64,000 nt of DNA from Acidobacteriaceae bacterium (GTDB lineage: Bacteria; Acidobacteriota; Terriglobia; Terriglobales; Acidobacteriaceae): assembly GCA_965276705.1 (NCBI GenBank), contig OZ255621.1:3808110-3872109 (forward strand). Direction: 5' to 3'. A program made the translations under genes and the position numbers. How positions within the stretch are numbered: position 1 is the first letter of the stretch; each line of letters opens with the position of its first letter. Below the pieces are notes generated by a model that saw only the letters and a program-made list of their open reading frames with translations, searched no databases and was not told the origin of the DNA. Shown one piece after another: positions 1 through 9,863 of this stretch.

Positions 1-2
1 CG

Positions 3-1220
3 CAAACGTATGACTACGGGCGAGCAGCTGATGGATGCTCGAACGATATCTCGGGCGGTTGGAATGCCGCGCAGATGGGTGCCGGTCAGGCAGTATGGGG
101 CGAGTTTTACGGTGGCACAAATACTCCGCAGCCTGGATACCTCGTCCTTGATGGAAATGGAAAAGCTACCGCCACTGGATGCGGTGTATCGCCAACATCG
201 AAGGCAGCAAGTTCAGACTGCGGCTTAAAAATCACTGCCAGTATCGGACAGGACAGCGATTTCGATATTGGCCAGAACAACAATGACGGTCAACACCGCT
301 CACCTAGTTGGAAAATGCGTTACTTCGAAATTCAGGGAGGCGGCGATCAGAATAACGGAGCGTATTCTGAAGAGGAAATTCGTTGTCGTGGTGCATGCGA
401 CAACTTCGTTGTCGATCACTCATATTTTCATGACACAGGCTGCGATTTCTTCAAGGTTCCGTGGACGACGTCATTCGTTGTTCAAAACACATACATAAAA
501 CAGAACATTTCTTCTGCTACGTGCCACGGACAACTCTGGTATACCGAAGTCGCCGCATCCGGGGTGGACTTCCATGACAACGTCATTCAAGACATCCAAG
601 GTACTGGTATGTGGGTGTGCCTTACAGGCTGTCAGGCGAATAACTGGACCGTCTACAATAACGTGATTTGGCGCCCACAGGGCGATACGCGTCCCGGTGT
701 CTCGAACGGGATTTTTGCCTGTATCAATCCTGGCAACCAATGTACGAATATGAGCTTCGTCGGGAACGACGTGATTAACTACACAGCCGATTATGCGGGA
801 GCCTTAGGAACGCACTGCGACGGCAGTCCAGATACGTTCGTGTGGCAAAACAATATATTCTATGGAATTACTCCGAGCGATCGAATAGATTTTCAAACGT
901 GTGGCGGCAAGTTGACGGAAGGCAACAATTCCTACCTGAACTCCGGAACACCACAATCGGGGACAAATTCTTCCGATATCATCATCCCTACCGGCGCGGC
1001 CAATCCGTTTGTAGGATGGACGACGGTCAATTTCGCCCTGGCGGCTGCAAACTCCGAATGGGCGAATGGGTTAACATTTGGGGCTCCATATAACCTTGAT
1101 GCTTTAGGGAACCCACGGCCAGGGCCGAGCAATGTGTGGGATCGGGGAGCGTATCAGTTCGCGAGCTCTTCTACCGCCTCTCCGGCCCCCCCCACCAACT
1201 TGTCCGGAGTCGTGCATTAG
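3..1220 (+). CDS. Right-handed parallel beta-helix repeat protein (polysaccharide lyase/hydrolase-like); 5' end lies outside the window
   Basis: The frame is open from nt 3 to TAG at 1218-1220, with no stop upstream of the listed M at 75, so the N-terminus is cut by the window edge. It shows repeated beta-helix-rung-like segments (HDNVIQDIQG, VYNNVIWRP, FVGNDVINY, VWQNNIFYG) and the C-terminal NVWDRGAYQF motif typical of pectate-lyase-fold proteins. Confidence 0.6.
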   Translation, partial: QTYDYGRAADGCSNDISGGWNAAQMGAGQAVWGEFYGGTNTPQPGYLVLDGNGKATATGCGVSPTSKAASSDCGLKITASIGQDSDFDIGQNNNDGQHRSPSWKMRYFEIQGGGDQNNGAYSEEEIRCRGACDNFVVDHSYFHDTGCDFFKVPWTTSFVVQNTYIKQNISSATCHGQLWYTEVAASGVDFHDNVIQDIQGTGMWVCLTGCQANNWTVYNNVIWRPQGDTRPGVSNGIFACINPGNQCTNMSFVGNDVINYTADYAGALGTHCDGSPDTFVWQNNIFYGITPSDRIDFQTCGGKLTEGNNSYLNSGTPQSGTNSSDIIIPTGAANPFVGWTTVNFALAAANSEWANGLTFGAPYNLDALGNPRPGPSNVWDRGAYQFASSSTASPAPPTNLSGVVH

Positions 1221-1531
1221 CTTGGGCTAGGGTGAGTGCAAGGGAGCTTGATTCGGTCTGTTTTGAGATTGCACTCGCCCTAACCTCGTTTCGAAATCCA
1301 GCTCCGGGCTAGCTGGTTTCCGTCGCAGTCGAGCAAAAACCCTGATGCTGTGTCGTGGAAAAATTCAACCGATGTAGCCTTTTCTTCAAGAAGGCCGCAA
1401 GAACCGTCGCTCGGCCTTATCCACCTAAAAGAATTTATTCTAAAGAGGCACTTGCGAGATACGCGCTCCGGAACGCTACCGGCTATGGACGGATACCGGA
1501 TCCGTAGGTGTAGCCGCGAGTATTTCTGCTT

Positions 1532-2674
1532 TTGCCCGGGCCCAGGACGAGAATGAAACGTGCAATGATCGATGCGAGTACGACAGAGGATATTGCTACG
1601 CCCCAGTTGGCGACCGCAAATGGGATAGAAGGCCCAACGGTCGATGTAGTGATCCCATGCTACAACTATGCGCGCTACTTACGTGGCTGTGTCGAAAGTG
1701 TTTTGAGCCAGTGCGATGTCAACGTGCGTATTCTTGTGATCGATGACACGTCTCCGGATAACACGATGGAGGTTGGGCATGCGCTTTCGGAGCAGTATTC
1801 GCAGGTGGAGTTTCGCCGCCATCCAGTGAATAAAGGTCACATCGCAACCTACAATGAGGGCCTGATCGACTGGTCTCGGTCTAAATATACGATGCTGCTT
1901 TCTGCAGACGACATGCTGGCCCCTGGTTCGCTCAGCCGAGCAGTCCGTATTATGGAGGCTGACTCAAGTGTTGGGATGGTCTACGGCCGGACGATCCACT
2001 TTTGTACAGAAGATGAACTGCCGCCGCACATCATAAGAAGCCGCGGGAAGATACTCTATGAGGGCAGGGAGTGGCTGAGGAAGCGATGTGGAGCGGGGTA
2101 CAACGTGATTACCTCGCCGGAAGCGGTGGTGCGGGGCAGCGTGCAACGAGCAGTTGGAGGATACCGACCGGAGCTGCCGCATAGCGGTGATCTTGAGATG
2201 TGGCTGCGCATCGCCGCTGTATCGAATATCGCGTATGTCCGAGGGGCCCCACAAGCGTTCTACCGCGTTCATGCTGCCAGCATGCAGCGTACCCAGTTTC
2301 AAGGCAGCCTCGTGGATCTTGTTGAGCGAAAGGCCGCGTTTGAATCGTTTTTCGACAGACATCCGGGTGAGATCGCAGATCGGGAGTCGCTCCGTGAAAT
2401 GGCAAGGCGCGCACTCGCACGAGAGGCGCTATGGGATGCATGTCGACTCTACGATCACAACCGCGTGAAACAAGATCACATCGAGGCTTTGGTAGATTTT
2501 GCGAAAAGCGTCTATGACAATGCCTCCTCGCTCCCGGAGTTTGCAGCATTAAAGCGGCGCAAACGCCTTGGAGGTGCATTTTGCCACAGGACTCAAGTGT
2601 TCATCGCGCCAGCCGCAATCCGATGGGTTGGACGCTGGTGGCGTAAACGCAGATGGCACTCGTGTGGTGTGTAG
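1532..2674 (+). CDS. Glycosyltransferase family 2 (GT-A fold)
   Basis: N-terminal GT2 signature VDVVIPCYNYARYLRGCVESVLSQ...ILVIDDTSPDNT, followed by LLSADD (DxD-like). The start is ambiguous (1532, 1553 or 1562). Confidence 0.85.
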   Translation: MPGPRTRMKRAMIDASTTEDIATPQLATANGIEGPTVDVVIPCYNYARYLRGCVESVLSQCDVNVRILVIDDTSPDNTMEVGHALSEQYSQVEFRRHPVNKGHIATYNEGLIDWSRSKYTMLLSADDMLAPGSLSRAVRIMEADSSVGMVYGRTIHFCTEDELPPHIIRSRGKILYEGREWLRKRCGAGYNVITSPEAVVRGSVQRAVGGYRPELPHSGDLEMWLRIAAVSNIAYVRGAPQAFYRVHAASMQRTQFQGSLVDLVERKAAFESFFDRHPGEIADRESLREMARRALAREALWDACRLYDHNRVKQDHIEALVDFAKSVYDNASSLPEFAALKRRKRLGGAFCHRTQVFIAPAAIRWVGRWWRKRRWHSCGV

Positions 2675-2750
2675 TTAGGACTTAGGACATCGTGTTTTGC
2701 TTTGTCTAGAGTCGCATCAACAATTTTGAACACCGAAGCGCAGGGCTGAC

Positions 2751-3989
2751 TTGATCTCCAAGTTTAGACAGATATATTTTCAGCTTGGTCGTCGATATCG
2801 CCAATCCAGGCGGCTTATGCTGGAGGAGGGTGCAGACGGCCTCCTTAGTCGTGTAAGAGCGACGGTTGCAGAGCGGCTGACTCCGAAGATGACACCAAGT
2901 CCAGTCCGCCGCCTGGATGTCCTTGCGGCCGATCTATCTCATCCTCCTCACATATATATGCCAGAGGTGCAGGGGGGGGAACCGCTGGTCGTCAATTGGG
3001 TGACGATTCCTGCAGGCCCTAAATCCGGTGGGCATACCACCATCTTCCGTATGATTCGTTATCTGGAAGCTCACGGCTATCGCAACCGCCTCTACTTCTA
3101 TAACGTCTATGGCGGGGATCTTCAATATTACGAGTCGATTGCCCGGAGCTTCTACGGCTTTCAAGGTCCCATCAAGACGCTGGATGCATCCGGCATGGAG
3201 AATGCCCATGCGGTGTTCGCAACTGCATGGGCTACTGCCTATCCAGTCTTCAACGACCGCTGTCAGGGAAAGCGCTTCTATTTTATCCAGGACTACGAGC
3301 CGTATTTCTATCCGGTGGGAGCCCTCAGTCTGTTGGCGGAAAACACCTACCGGATGGGATTCCATGCCATTACGGCAGGGAAGTGGCTTGCGCAGAAGCT
3401 GCGCAGGGAGTTCGGGATGGAAGCCGATTCGTTTGATTTCGGCTGCGATACGTCTGCCTACCGGCAGCTGCCCGGTGTGCAGCGCAACGGCATTGTCTTC
3501 TATGCGCGTCCAGAGGCGGCGCGTCGTGGATTTGAACTTGGGCTGATGACGTTAGAGCTGTTTGCGTCGCGGCATCCAGAGATCGACATCCACCTCTACG
3601 GCGAACGCATAGGAAGCGTCCCGTTCCGTTGTATCGATCACGGGCGCGTCTCTCCGGATCAGCTCAACCACATTTACAACCGCTGCTATGCCGGGCTGAG
3701 CCTGTCGCTCACCAATGTGTCGCTGGTGCCGCACGAGATGCTGGCCGCCGGGTGCATCCCGGTGGTCAACGATGCCGAGCAGAACCGTATCGTGCTCGAC
3801 AACCCCTTCGTGCGATACGCAGAGCCTTATCCGCAGGCCTTGGTAACGGAGTTGGAGTCGCTGGTGGCAGATCCTCATTTCGAGTCTCTCTCCCAGGCTG
3901 CGATGACGAGCGTGCAGGAAACAAGCTGGGATGATGCCGGCATCGCCGTTGACGCTGCGATTCGCAGGTCACTCGTCGCCGCGAGTTAA
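2751..3989 (+). CDS. GT-B fold glycosyltransferase (WsaF/GT4-like)
   Basis: 412-aa ORF with a TTG start in the track. GGHTTIFRMIRYLEAHGY near the N-terminus and the C-terminal half GIVFYARPEAARRGFELG...PHEMLAAGCIPVV resemble GT-B sugar transferases. The family assignment comes from motif memory only. Confidence 0.65.
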   Translation: MISKFRQIYFQLGRRYRQSRRLMLEEGADGLLSRVRATVAERLTPKMTPSPVRRLDVLAADLSHPPHIYMPEVQGGEPLVVNWVTIPAGPKSGGHTTIFRMIRYLEAHGYRNRLYFYNVYGGDLQYYESIARSFYGFQGPIKTLDASGMENAHAVFATAWATAYPVFNDRCQGKRFYFIQDYEPYFYPVGALSLLAENTYRMGFHAITAGKWLAQKLRREFGMEADSFDFGCDTSAYRQLPGVQRNGIVFYARPEAARRGFELGLMTLELFASRHPEIDIHLYGERIGSVPFRCIDHGRVSPDQLNHIYNRCYAGLSLSLTNVSLVPHEMLAAGCIPVVNDAEQNRIVLDNPFVRYAEPYPQALVTELESLVADPHFESLSQAAMTSVQETSWDDAGIAVDAAIRRSLVAAS

Positions 3990-4124
3990 GTGTCTGCCTC
4001 GCCGATGAGTGTGCAACTGCTTGCATACCTTTTCTTGGTTTTGAACCTACTTGCCTTTCCTATCCTTTAGTTACAGTACGGCACGTCGCAAAAAGATTGG
4101 TCATTTGCATGCAAGGGAAGTGAC

Positions 4125-5492
4125 ATGACACCCGTCGAAACGTCCACTCTTCCGCTCATTGCGCAGCAACGCCAGGACCGGCTGCAGACCCGCACTGCAA
4201 AGATCGGAGTCATTGGGCTGGGGTATGTTGGTTTGCCGCTATCATTGCTTCTGTCCGAGGCAGGTTTCACCGTGACGGGCCTCGATATCGATACGGCGAA
4301 GGTGGCGGATCTGGAACGGGGTTGCTCCTATATCTATCGGATTCCGGATACCAGCATCCAGGTGGCCCGCGAGCAGGGCTTCCGCTCGACAAGTGACTTC
4401 TCCCAACTCGTGGATCAGGACGCAATCATCATTTGCGTACCCACTCCGCTCAATGAGCATCGCGAACCGAACTTGAGCTTTATTGAGAGCACCGGTAGGG
4501 CGATTGCTCCCTGGGTCCAAGAAGGGCAGCTGGTCGTCTTGGAAAGCACGACCTACCCGGGCACAACAGATGACATGCTGATACCGATCCTCGAGGCCGG
4601 CAATCGGCTTGGCCTGAAGGTGCAGGCAGGCGATACACCGGCTGAGCATGGGGTCTTCTATGTCGCCTTCTCTCCGGAGCGAGAAGACCCTGGGAACGAC
4701 ACAATTGCACGCCGCGATATACCGAAGGTAGTTGGAGGTCATGATGCGATCGCAACACGCCTCGCCTCCACTCTCTATCAAGGCATCTTCACCCGTGCCG
4801 TCTCGGTCTCGTCGACGCGCACCGCGGAGATGACCAAGTTGCTTGAGAATATCTACCGTTGCGTCAACATCGCCTTGGTCAATGAATTGAAGCTGTTATG
4901 CCTCCGCATGGGAATCGACATATGGGAGGTTATTGGCGCGGCTGCAACGAAGCCCTTTGGTTTTCAGCCATTTTACCCGGGGCCGGGCCTTGGTGGGCAC
5001 TGCATCCCTATCGACCCGTTCTACCTGAGCTGGAAGGCGAAGGAGTATGACTTCAGCACGCGCTTCATCGAGCTAGCCGGAGAGGTGAACGAGGCGATGC
5101 CCGAGCATGTCGTACAATCCACGGGCCGTGCATTGAATCGTCATCGTAAGGCGCTGAATGGATCACGCATCCTGATTCTAGGTATGGCTTACAAGAAAGA
5201 TGTCGACGATCTGCGCGAGTCACCATCTCTCACGATCATCGAGCTGCTTCGACAAGAGGGTGCGGAGGTCTCTTATAACGATCCATACTTCCCTAAGGTC
5301 GGTCGCGGGCGCCGCTACAATCTGAACATGACCTGCACGCCGCTTGAAAATTTGGCGGAGTTTGACTGCGTACTAATCGTCACCGATCACTCCGACTACG
5401 ACTACAAGGGGATCGTTCGTGATTCCAACCTAGTTGTGGATACACGCAACGCGACAAAAGGAATTGCTTCACCGAAGATCGTGCACTGCTGA
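4125..5492 (+). CDS. Nucleotide-sugar dehydrogenase (UDP-glucose/GDP-mannose dehydrogenase family, UDP-N-acetylhexosamine dehydrogenase-like)
   Basis: Rossmann motif KIGVIGLGYVGLPLSLLL, catalytic-Cys region GPGLGGHCIPIDP, 455 aa, with an AAGGGA RBS just upstream of the ATG. Confidence 0.9.
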   Translation: MTPVETSTLPLIAQQRQDRLQTRTAKIGVIGLGYVGLPLSLLLSEAGFTVTGLDIDTAKVADLERGCSYIYRIPDTSIQVAREQGFRSTSDFSQLVDQDAIIICVPTPLNEHREPNLSFIESTGRAIAPWVQEGQLVVLESTTYPGTTDDMLIPILEAGNRLGLKVQAGDTPAEHGVFYVAFSPEREDPGNDTIARRDIPKVVGGHDAIATRLASTLYQGIFTRAVSVSSTRTAEMTKLLENIYRCVNIALVNELKLLCLRMGIDIWEVIGAAATKPFGFQPFYPGPGLGGHCIPIDPFYLSWKAKEYDFSTRFIELAGEVNEAMPEHVVQSTGRALNRHRKALNGSRILILGMAYKKDVDDLRESPSLTIIELLRQEGAEVSYNDPYFPKVGRGRRYNLNMTCTPLENLAEFDCVLIVTDHSDYDYKGIVRDSNLVVDTRNATKGIASPKIVHC

Positions 5493-5533
5493 TTGGAGGA
5501 ATTGTGGTTGCAAGCAAGCCGTGGTGCAACAGG

Positions 5534-5566
5534 GGCCGGAGCCGTGCGCTCCGGCCTTTCTTCGTT
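5534..5566 (+). terminator. Rho-independent terminator candidate downstream of the dehydrogenase gene
   Basis: GGCCGGAGC-cgtgc-GCTCCGGCC (9-bp GC-rich stem, 5-nt loop) followed by TTTCTTCGTT. It sits between convergent genes. Confidence 0.6.
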
Positions 5567-5641
5567 CTCACGCGTGTTTGTCGATGCACGCCGAACCAGC
5601 GAATGCCCTAGCTTTCGCAGCGAACCCACCGCCGCACGCCT

Positions 5642-6061
5642 TTAGTGAGGAGGCTCTATAGGGGCTGCCCCGTGCGTCCCACCTTCCGTCCCCGGCACGG
5701 GATGCCCATGGAGACCGCGATGACCTGGAGGAACAAGTTCACACGTTTGTGTGCAGGCATCCCCAACCACTCCTGGATCTGTGATCTTCAACGTGGAAGG
5801 AGTCGTGCTGGTAGCTTCGGACAGCAAGCCGTGGAAGGTGACTCGATGGTTGACGAACTTTGCCGCATCGAATTTACCGGAGAGCTGCATGCATCTGTCT
5901 TGAGCGCTGATGACATAGAAACCGGGTGCGTCCTTCTGCTGCGTAACACAGCCCACGACCTTTTCGGGTACGGCCTTCTCTGCAGGGGTAGTTTGCGCCA
6001 CAGCAATGAGACCGGTGGATGCTATTCCCGATAGAGCTACCCATCGAATGATCGCTTTCAT
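5642..6061 (-). CDS. Small secreted protein, unknown function (last gene of the caspase/CHASE2 operon)
   Basis: 139 aa. Signal-peptide-like N-terminus MKAIIRWVALSGIASTGLIAVAQT. Four Cys and a Gly/His/Pro-rich tail. Its ATG overlaps the stop of the CHASE2 gene (ATGA at 6058-6061). Confidence 0.6.
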   Translation of the reverse strand: MKAIIRWVALSGIASTGLIAVAQTTPAEKAVPEKVVGCVTQQKDAPGFYVISAQDRCMQLSGKFDAAKFVNHRVTFHGLLSEATSTTPSTLKITDPGVVGDACTQTCELVPPGHRGLHGHPVPGTEGGTHGAAPIEPPH

Positions 6062-7350
6062 TTCGTTCCCTTTCCGGTGGCCAATTTGAATATCTTGGGA
6101 GTGTGTTTTAAGGCATCCTCTCCTAATACACAGGAGGTCAAAATAAACGGGTTCAGGACAACTGCAAGAACAGTGCGCAACGGAGGAAAATAGTTGAAGA
6201 CCAGCATGAGTAGTGTACTTCCGAGAAAAAGCAAAAAGAGGGTTAACAAAGAATATCCAAGCCGTCTTACCCAGCTCTCTTCCGTTGCAGCATTGATGAT
6301 ATGAAGAAGCATCAGGGAACCCATGAGGAGGCCGAGGTCGAGTAGGGGATTGAGCGGCTTTAGAAAGCGAGCGTCCAGCAGTGACTCGATATAGTTCGCT
6401 TGGAGTTGTACACCGTACTTCGTTCCCCCCGGGAACGGCTTCTCATCGACTTGCGAAAATTCACCTAGAACGACGACCTTCCCGCTAATCTGGTCCTGGC
6501 TCGAGCCGGGCTCCTGTAGCAAGCTGTTTGCGGATATCTCTGGTGGATCCGTGTAGCTGGTGTAGGGAAAGTCCCCATTCTTAAAATCTTTCAGCTCTCG
6601 TGAATCCAGCTTGCTATCGATTTGCAGTGCAGCGGCCAGAGCTAAGCTGGGGACTTCAATGAGTCCTTGCGTGCCGTCGTGCCACGCTGCTGCAGCCTGA
6701 TCCGACCGGAACACACTCCACCGTAGCGGAATCTGCATAGGATCCTCGGTGATTCGAGTGAGGGCGGACTTGACTTTGTTTGCCGTGGAATCAGGCATCG
6801 ACGCATCCGGAAGGAATGGTAGTGTCGGGACCAAATAGAGACAACTGGACGCTTGGGAGGCGTGCGTATTCTCTGCGGTTGGCTGTCCCAGCACGACAGG
6901 AATGTGAAGGCTGTGCAGCGCTTCATTGAAGCGCTTGTCGATATCATCCCCGTTGCACCTATACGCCGCGTCATAGTACTTGTCGATGACGATGACGCGC
7001 GCGCCGTCATCCTGAATAGTCTTGACCAGGGTCGCTAGAGTGGAACGGCTAGAGCAGCGATCTTCGTCAGGAGGCAAAGTGACTACTATCACTCGTGACG
7101 TTGGAACAGCATCAAATCGCCAGCGCACCACGGCCGGTAGCAGCTTTTCAAAGTGTAGATCGAAATTCTTCTGTCTGAGTGCGCACGGGTTTCCGATGGG
7201 CAGTCGGTCCATCTGCCACAACTCAAAAATCACGAGCAATAAAACTGCGCCTAGACGGAGAAGGCCGCGGATACTGAATATGCCATGGCGTAGGTTGCGG
7301 ATTGTGACGTTGCGCCAGCGCCTCCGAAGTGGCCCGGACTTCTGTGTCAT
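6058..7350 (-). CDS. CHASE2 domain membrane protein without a cytoplasmic output domain
   Basis: N-terminal TM segment (LRLGAVLLLVIFELW). Extracytoplasmic region with CHASE2-like blocks (RVIVVTLPPDEDRCS..LATLVKTIQDDGARVIVIDKYYD; GVQLQANYIESLLDARFLKPLNPLLDL). Three C-terminal TM helices, then only about 25 aa. ATGA overlap with the caspase gene at 7347-7350. Confidence 0.75.
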   Translation of the reverse strand: MTQKSGPLRRRWRNVTIRNLRHGIFSIRGLLRLGAVLLLVIFELWQMDRLPIGNPCALRQKNFDLHFEKLLPAVVRWRFDAVPTSRVIVVTLPPDEDRCSSRSTLATLVKTIQDDGARVIVIDKYYDAAYRCNGDDIDKRFNEALHSLHIPVVLGQPTAENTHASQASSCLYLVPTLPFLPDASMPDSTANKVKSALTRITEDPMQIPLRWSVFRSDQAAAAWHDGTQGLIEVPSLALAAALQIDSKLDSRELKDFKNGDFPYTSYTDPPEISANSLLQEPGSSQDQISGKVVVLGEFSQVDEKPFPGGTKYGVQLQANYIESLLDARFLKPLNPLLDLGLLMGSLMLLHIINAATEESWVRRLGYSLLTLFLLFLGSTLLMLVFNYFPPLRTVLAVVLNPFILTSCVLGEDALKHTPKIFKLATGKGTK

Positions 7351-8582
7351 GGCAGGCCCGCAGCGGGTGCCTTCGGCGTTTCACCGGCTAGTAGTGCGAA
7401 GTCTGTATTGTCCGAGCTGCGGCTCATGACTGGTGTCTGATGCTCATGGTAGGCCTTGAAGTCTGCCGCTACCCGATCAGAGACGTGTTGGCGGACGTAG
7501 CTATAAACCGCGCTGAGCGGCGCGTTCCCTCCGAGCTGGTGTACCGCGTCCACCAGATAGTAGGTGAAGTAGCCGTGCCGTAACTGATCGCTTTCCATGG
7601 AGGTTTCATCGCCAGTGCTAGCAGCGAAGATGATGCGGCCGCTGCCCTGAGAGATATGTTCCAAGGACGCCTTTGAGACGCCTGCGGTTGGAATGCCGGG
7701 CGCCAGCATCTTCGGTCCTCCCGCGGCCTCGCCGCTATAGCATGTGTCGATGAAGATAGCAGCGCGGCGCGCACGGAAGCGGGTGGCCACGGCGTTCGAT
7801 AGTTCAACCATCGGCAACGCTGTCGCGTACAGGGTGTCCGGATCGTCTTTCGGCCCGATCTCCGTATCGTGGGTGATGATGTAGCTGACTCCGCCCGTGT
7901 CCATGTCGCGTGCGGAGCCGTGGGTGGCCACGTAGACCAGAGCAAGATCATCGGGCGCGGCACTACGCGCAAGCCAATTCAACTCGACCCGGATATTGCG
8001 CATGGTCGCTTGCTCATCCGTGAGCATGTGGATGTGGTCGGATTGAAATCCGCCGTATTTTGGGTTTGCGATCATGTCGCGAAAACTGCGGGCATCGTCT
8101 GTTGTGTAATTCAGCCCTGGGATATTTTTATCGGCGAACTTTGAGATACCGACAATTAAAGCCCACTTGCCTTGTACTTTGCCGAGCGGTGCGGTCTGTG
8201 GTGGAGGCGTCGACAGAACAAACGGGTTAAGATTCTCCGCCATGGCTTCGGAAGGGAACATCTTTGCCTTTTCCAAAGCAAAATTTGCCGATGTCGCATG
8301 GCCCAGTTTTTGTTCCACCAGGGAACGGTAGTACCAGGCTTCGCCGAGTTCGGAGCAGGTTTCGGTTGCAGTCTTCAAGAGTCGACTGGCGTCGGAGAGC
8401 TGATCCTGTCCACTGTCGGCTTGTAGGTGCTCCAGCGCCTGGACAACGAGATCCTTCCCTGCGCCGCAGCTTTCTGCTCCTACACCCCTGGATTCTAGAG
8501 CAGAGGGATGTGCTGCCCCTCCGCTTACACAGAGCACGACTAACAAGGAAGCGAGATAGAGAATGGTTCGCCGCATGTTCAT
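7347..8582 (-). CDS. Exported TPR-like + peptidase C14 (caspase/orthocaspase) protein
   Basis: Signal peptide MRRTILYLASLLVVLCVSGGAA. Helical TPR-like N-terminal region. Caspase p20 core KWALIVGISKFADKNIPGLNYTTDDA, catalytic His in LVYVATHGSA and Cys in AIFIDTCYSGE. The start is ambiguous (GTG 8600, ATG 8582, ATG 8576; a GAGG lies 7 nt before 8576). Confidence 0.85.
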   Translation of the reverse strand: MNMRRTILYLASLLVVLCVSGGAAHPSALESRGVGAESCGAGKDLVVQALEHLQADSGQDQLSDASRLLKTATETCSELGEAWYYRSLVEQKLGHATSANFALEKAKMFPSEAMAENLNPFVLSTPPPQTAPLGKVQGKWALIVGISKFADKNIPGLNYTTDDARSFRDMIANPKYGGFQSDHIHMLTDEQATMRNIRVELNWLARSAAPDDLALVYVATHGSARDMDTGGVSYIITHDTEIGPKDDPDTLYATALPMVELSNAVATRFRARRAAIFIDTCYSGEAAGGPKMLAPGIPTAGVSKASLEHISQGSGRIIFAASTGDETSMESDQLRHGYFTYYLVDAVHQLGGNAPLSAVYSYVRQHVSDRVAADFKAYHEHQTPVMSRSSDNTDFALLAGETPKAPAAGLP

Positions 8583-8600
8583 ACCTCGGGGTCCAGCCAC

Positions 8601-9863
8601 TCAATGCCCGTTCGCAGTCTGCTTCGGTTTTTGCCCGGCGGCCGCCCTGGCCCGCTGTTTCATCGCAGCCAGTATCTTTCCATTCACGCCGCTGCGGGTC
8701 ATCTGTACCTGGGCAGGATATGTCAGGTCGAACGCGACTTCCGATGCGTTCTGAATGTTGTCGAGAATGTTCGCTTCGTCCATCTTTGCCTGGACCATTT
8801 GGACGATGTCGCTGTTCGTCATCGCGGTTTCGTGAGGCGTCGCACTGCTCTCTCCGGTCACACCTCTTTCTCCAGCGGTCTCCCGTTGTGCCGTATCATG
8901 CGATGCGCTTTTTTCAGAAGTCCCTTCATAGCGCTTGATGCCCGAGACGATACGCGTCTGCGCCTCCAGAAAATATTTCTCCGTAGGCCGTGCTTCGAGT
9001 GCTTTGTCGTACTCAATATCGGCCTTTTGCAGAAACTTCTTCGCGGCCTTCCCATCCTGCGCCTGATAGGCCATAGCTTCATTGGCTACACCGATGTTGT
9101 AGTGACGGTACGCGTCGTCGTCTGGAGCTGGAAACGGACTCATCGTCTCGAGTTGCTCGTCATATTGGCTCCATAGACTCTTCGCTGCTACTTTGTCCGC
9201 TGCATCCAACCCACCCCCATGCGCGAGGTAGATGGTCACCGGTTCGGCGGTGTTCACGATGTAGGACGCCAACTGGTTGGCGACATCGTTGACCAGGTCC
9301 TTCTCTACCTCGACTGGGGATACGGGCGAAACTGTATTTGCACCGGATGTGCCCGGGATTGAATGCATGATGCTGCTAAGAGTGGCCTGATCGTCCCTGC
9401 TGATCAGAGATCGCACATCTCCCGAAGTGACGACATGTCCGTCTCGCTCATTTGTCACGTGGAAGACGACGGTCATACTGCCGGTACCACGATGAATGGT
9501 CGCTCTACCTTCGGTGACGTTTTCGACCTTTGGCGCTCCGTATGCAGTCACCGACGCTCTAAATAGGTACTGGGCTTGCGCATCCCCAACGGTCACGTGC
9601 GTGTCGCTGCTTGTCAGAATACTCTCCAGCTTTGCCTGGATTTCGGCATCCAGTGGAGTCTGCTGTCCCTGCGGCGAAGCCACCAACACTTTTACCGAGG
9701 TATCCGCAAGCGAGACTACCGGCGGCAGGCGGCGCTGAAGCACAATCTTCTTACGAGTCAGGATTGTGCCGAAATTGCAGCAGTCGGCCCACAAGTTAGC
9801 GGCTTGCATTGTCAGCACTGCAACGCAGACAGTGAGAATGAGGCGGTTCGATCGTACTTGCAT
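8601..9863 (-). CDS. Secreted protein of unknown function (first gene of the caspase/CHASE2 operon)
   Basis: Long ORF 8601-9908. The ATG at 9863 gives a signal peptide MQVRSNRLILTVCVAVLTMQAANLWA. Helical TPR-like middle (YRHYNIGVANEAMAYQAQDGKAAKKFLQKADIEYDKALE) and a C-terminal roughly 50-aa module SDIVQMVQAKMDEANILDNIQ..FDL..QVQMTRSGVNGKILAAMKQ. Its stop abuts the caspase ORF. Confidence 0.65.
   Translation of the reverse strand: MQVRSNRLILTVCVAVLTMQAANLWADCCNFGTILTRKKIVLQRRLPPVVSLADTSVKVLVASPQGQQTPLDAEIQAKLESILTSSDTHVTVGDAQAQYLFRASVTAYGAPKVENVTEGRATIHRGTGSMTVVFHVTNERDGHVVTSGDVRSLISRDDQATLSSIMHSIPGTSGANTVSPVSPVEVEKDLVNDVANQLASYIVNTAEPVTIYLAHGGGLDAADKVAAKSLWSQYDEQLETMSPFPAPDDDAYRHYNIGVANEAMAYQAQDGKAAKKFLQKADIEYDKALEARPTEKYFLEAQTRIVSGIKRYEGTSEKSASHDTAQRETAGERGVTGESSATPHETAMTNSDIVQMVQAKMDEANILDNIQNASEVAFDLTYPAQVQMTRSGVNGKILAAMKQRARAAAGQKPKQTANGH

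Noticed and set aside
1228-1282. An imperfect 14-bp inverted repeat (TAGGGTGAGTGCAA...TTGCACTCGCCCTA) after the beta-helix gene.
   Set aside because: The loop is 27 nt and there is no U-tract, so it is not a convincing intrinsic terminator. I kept it only as context.
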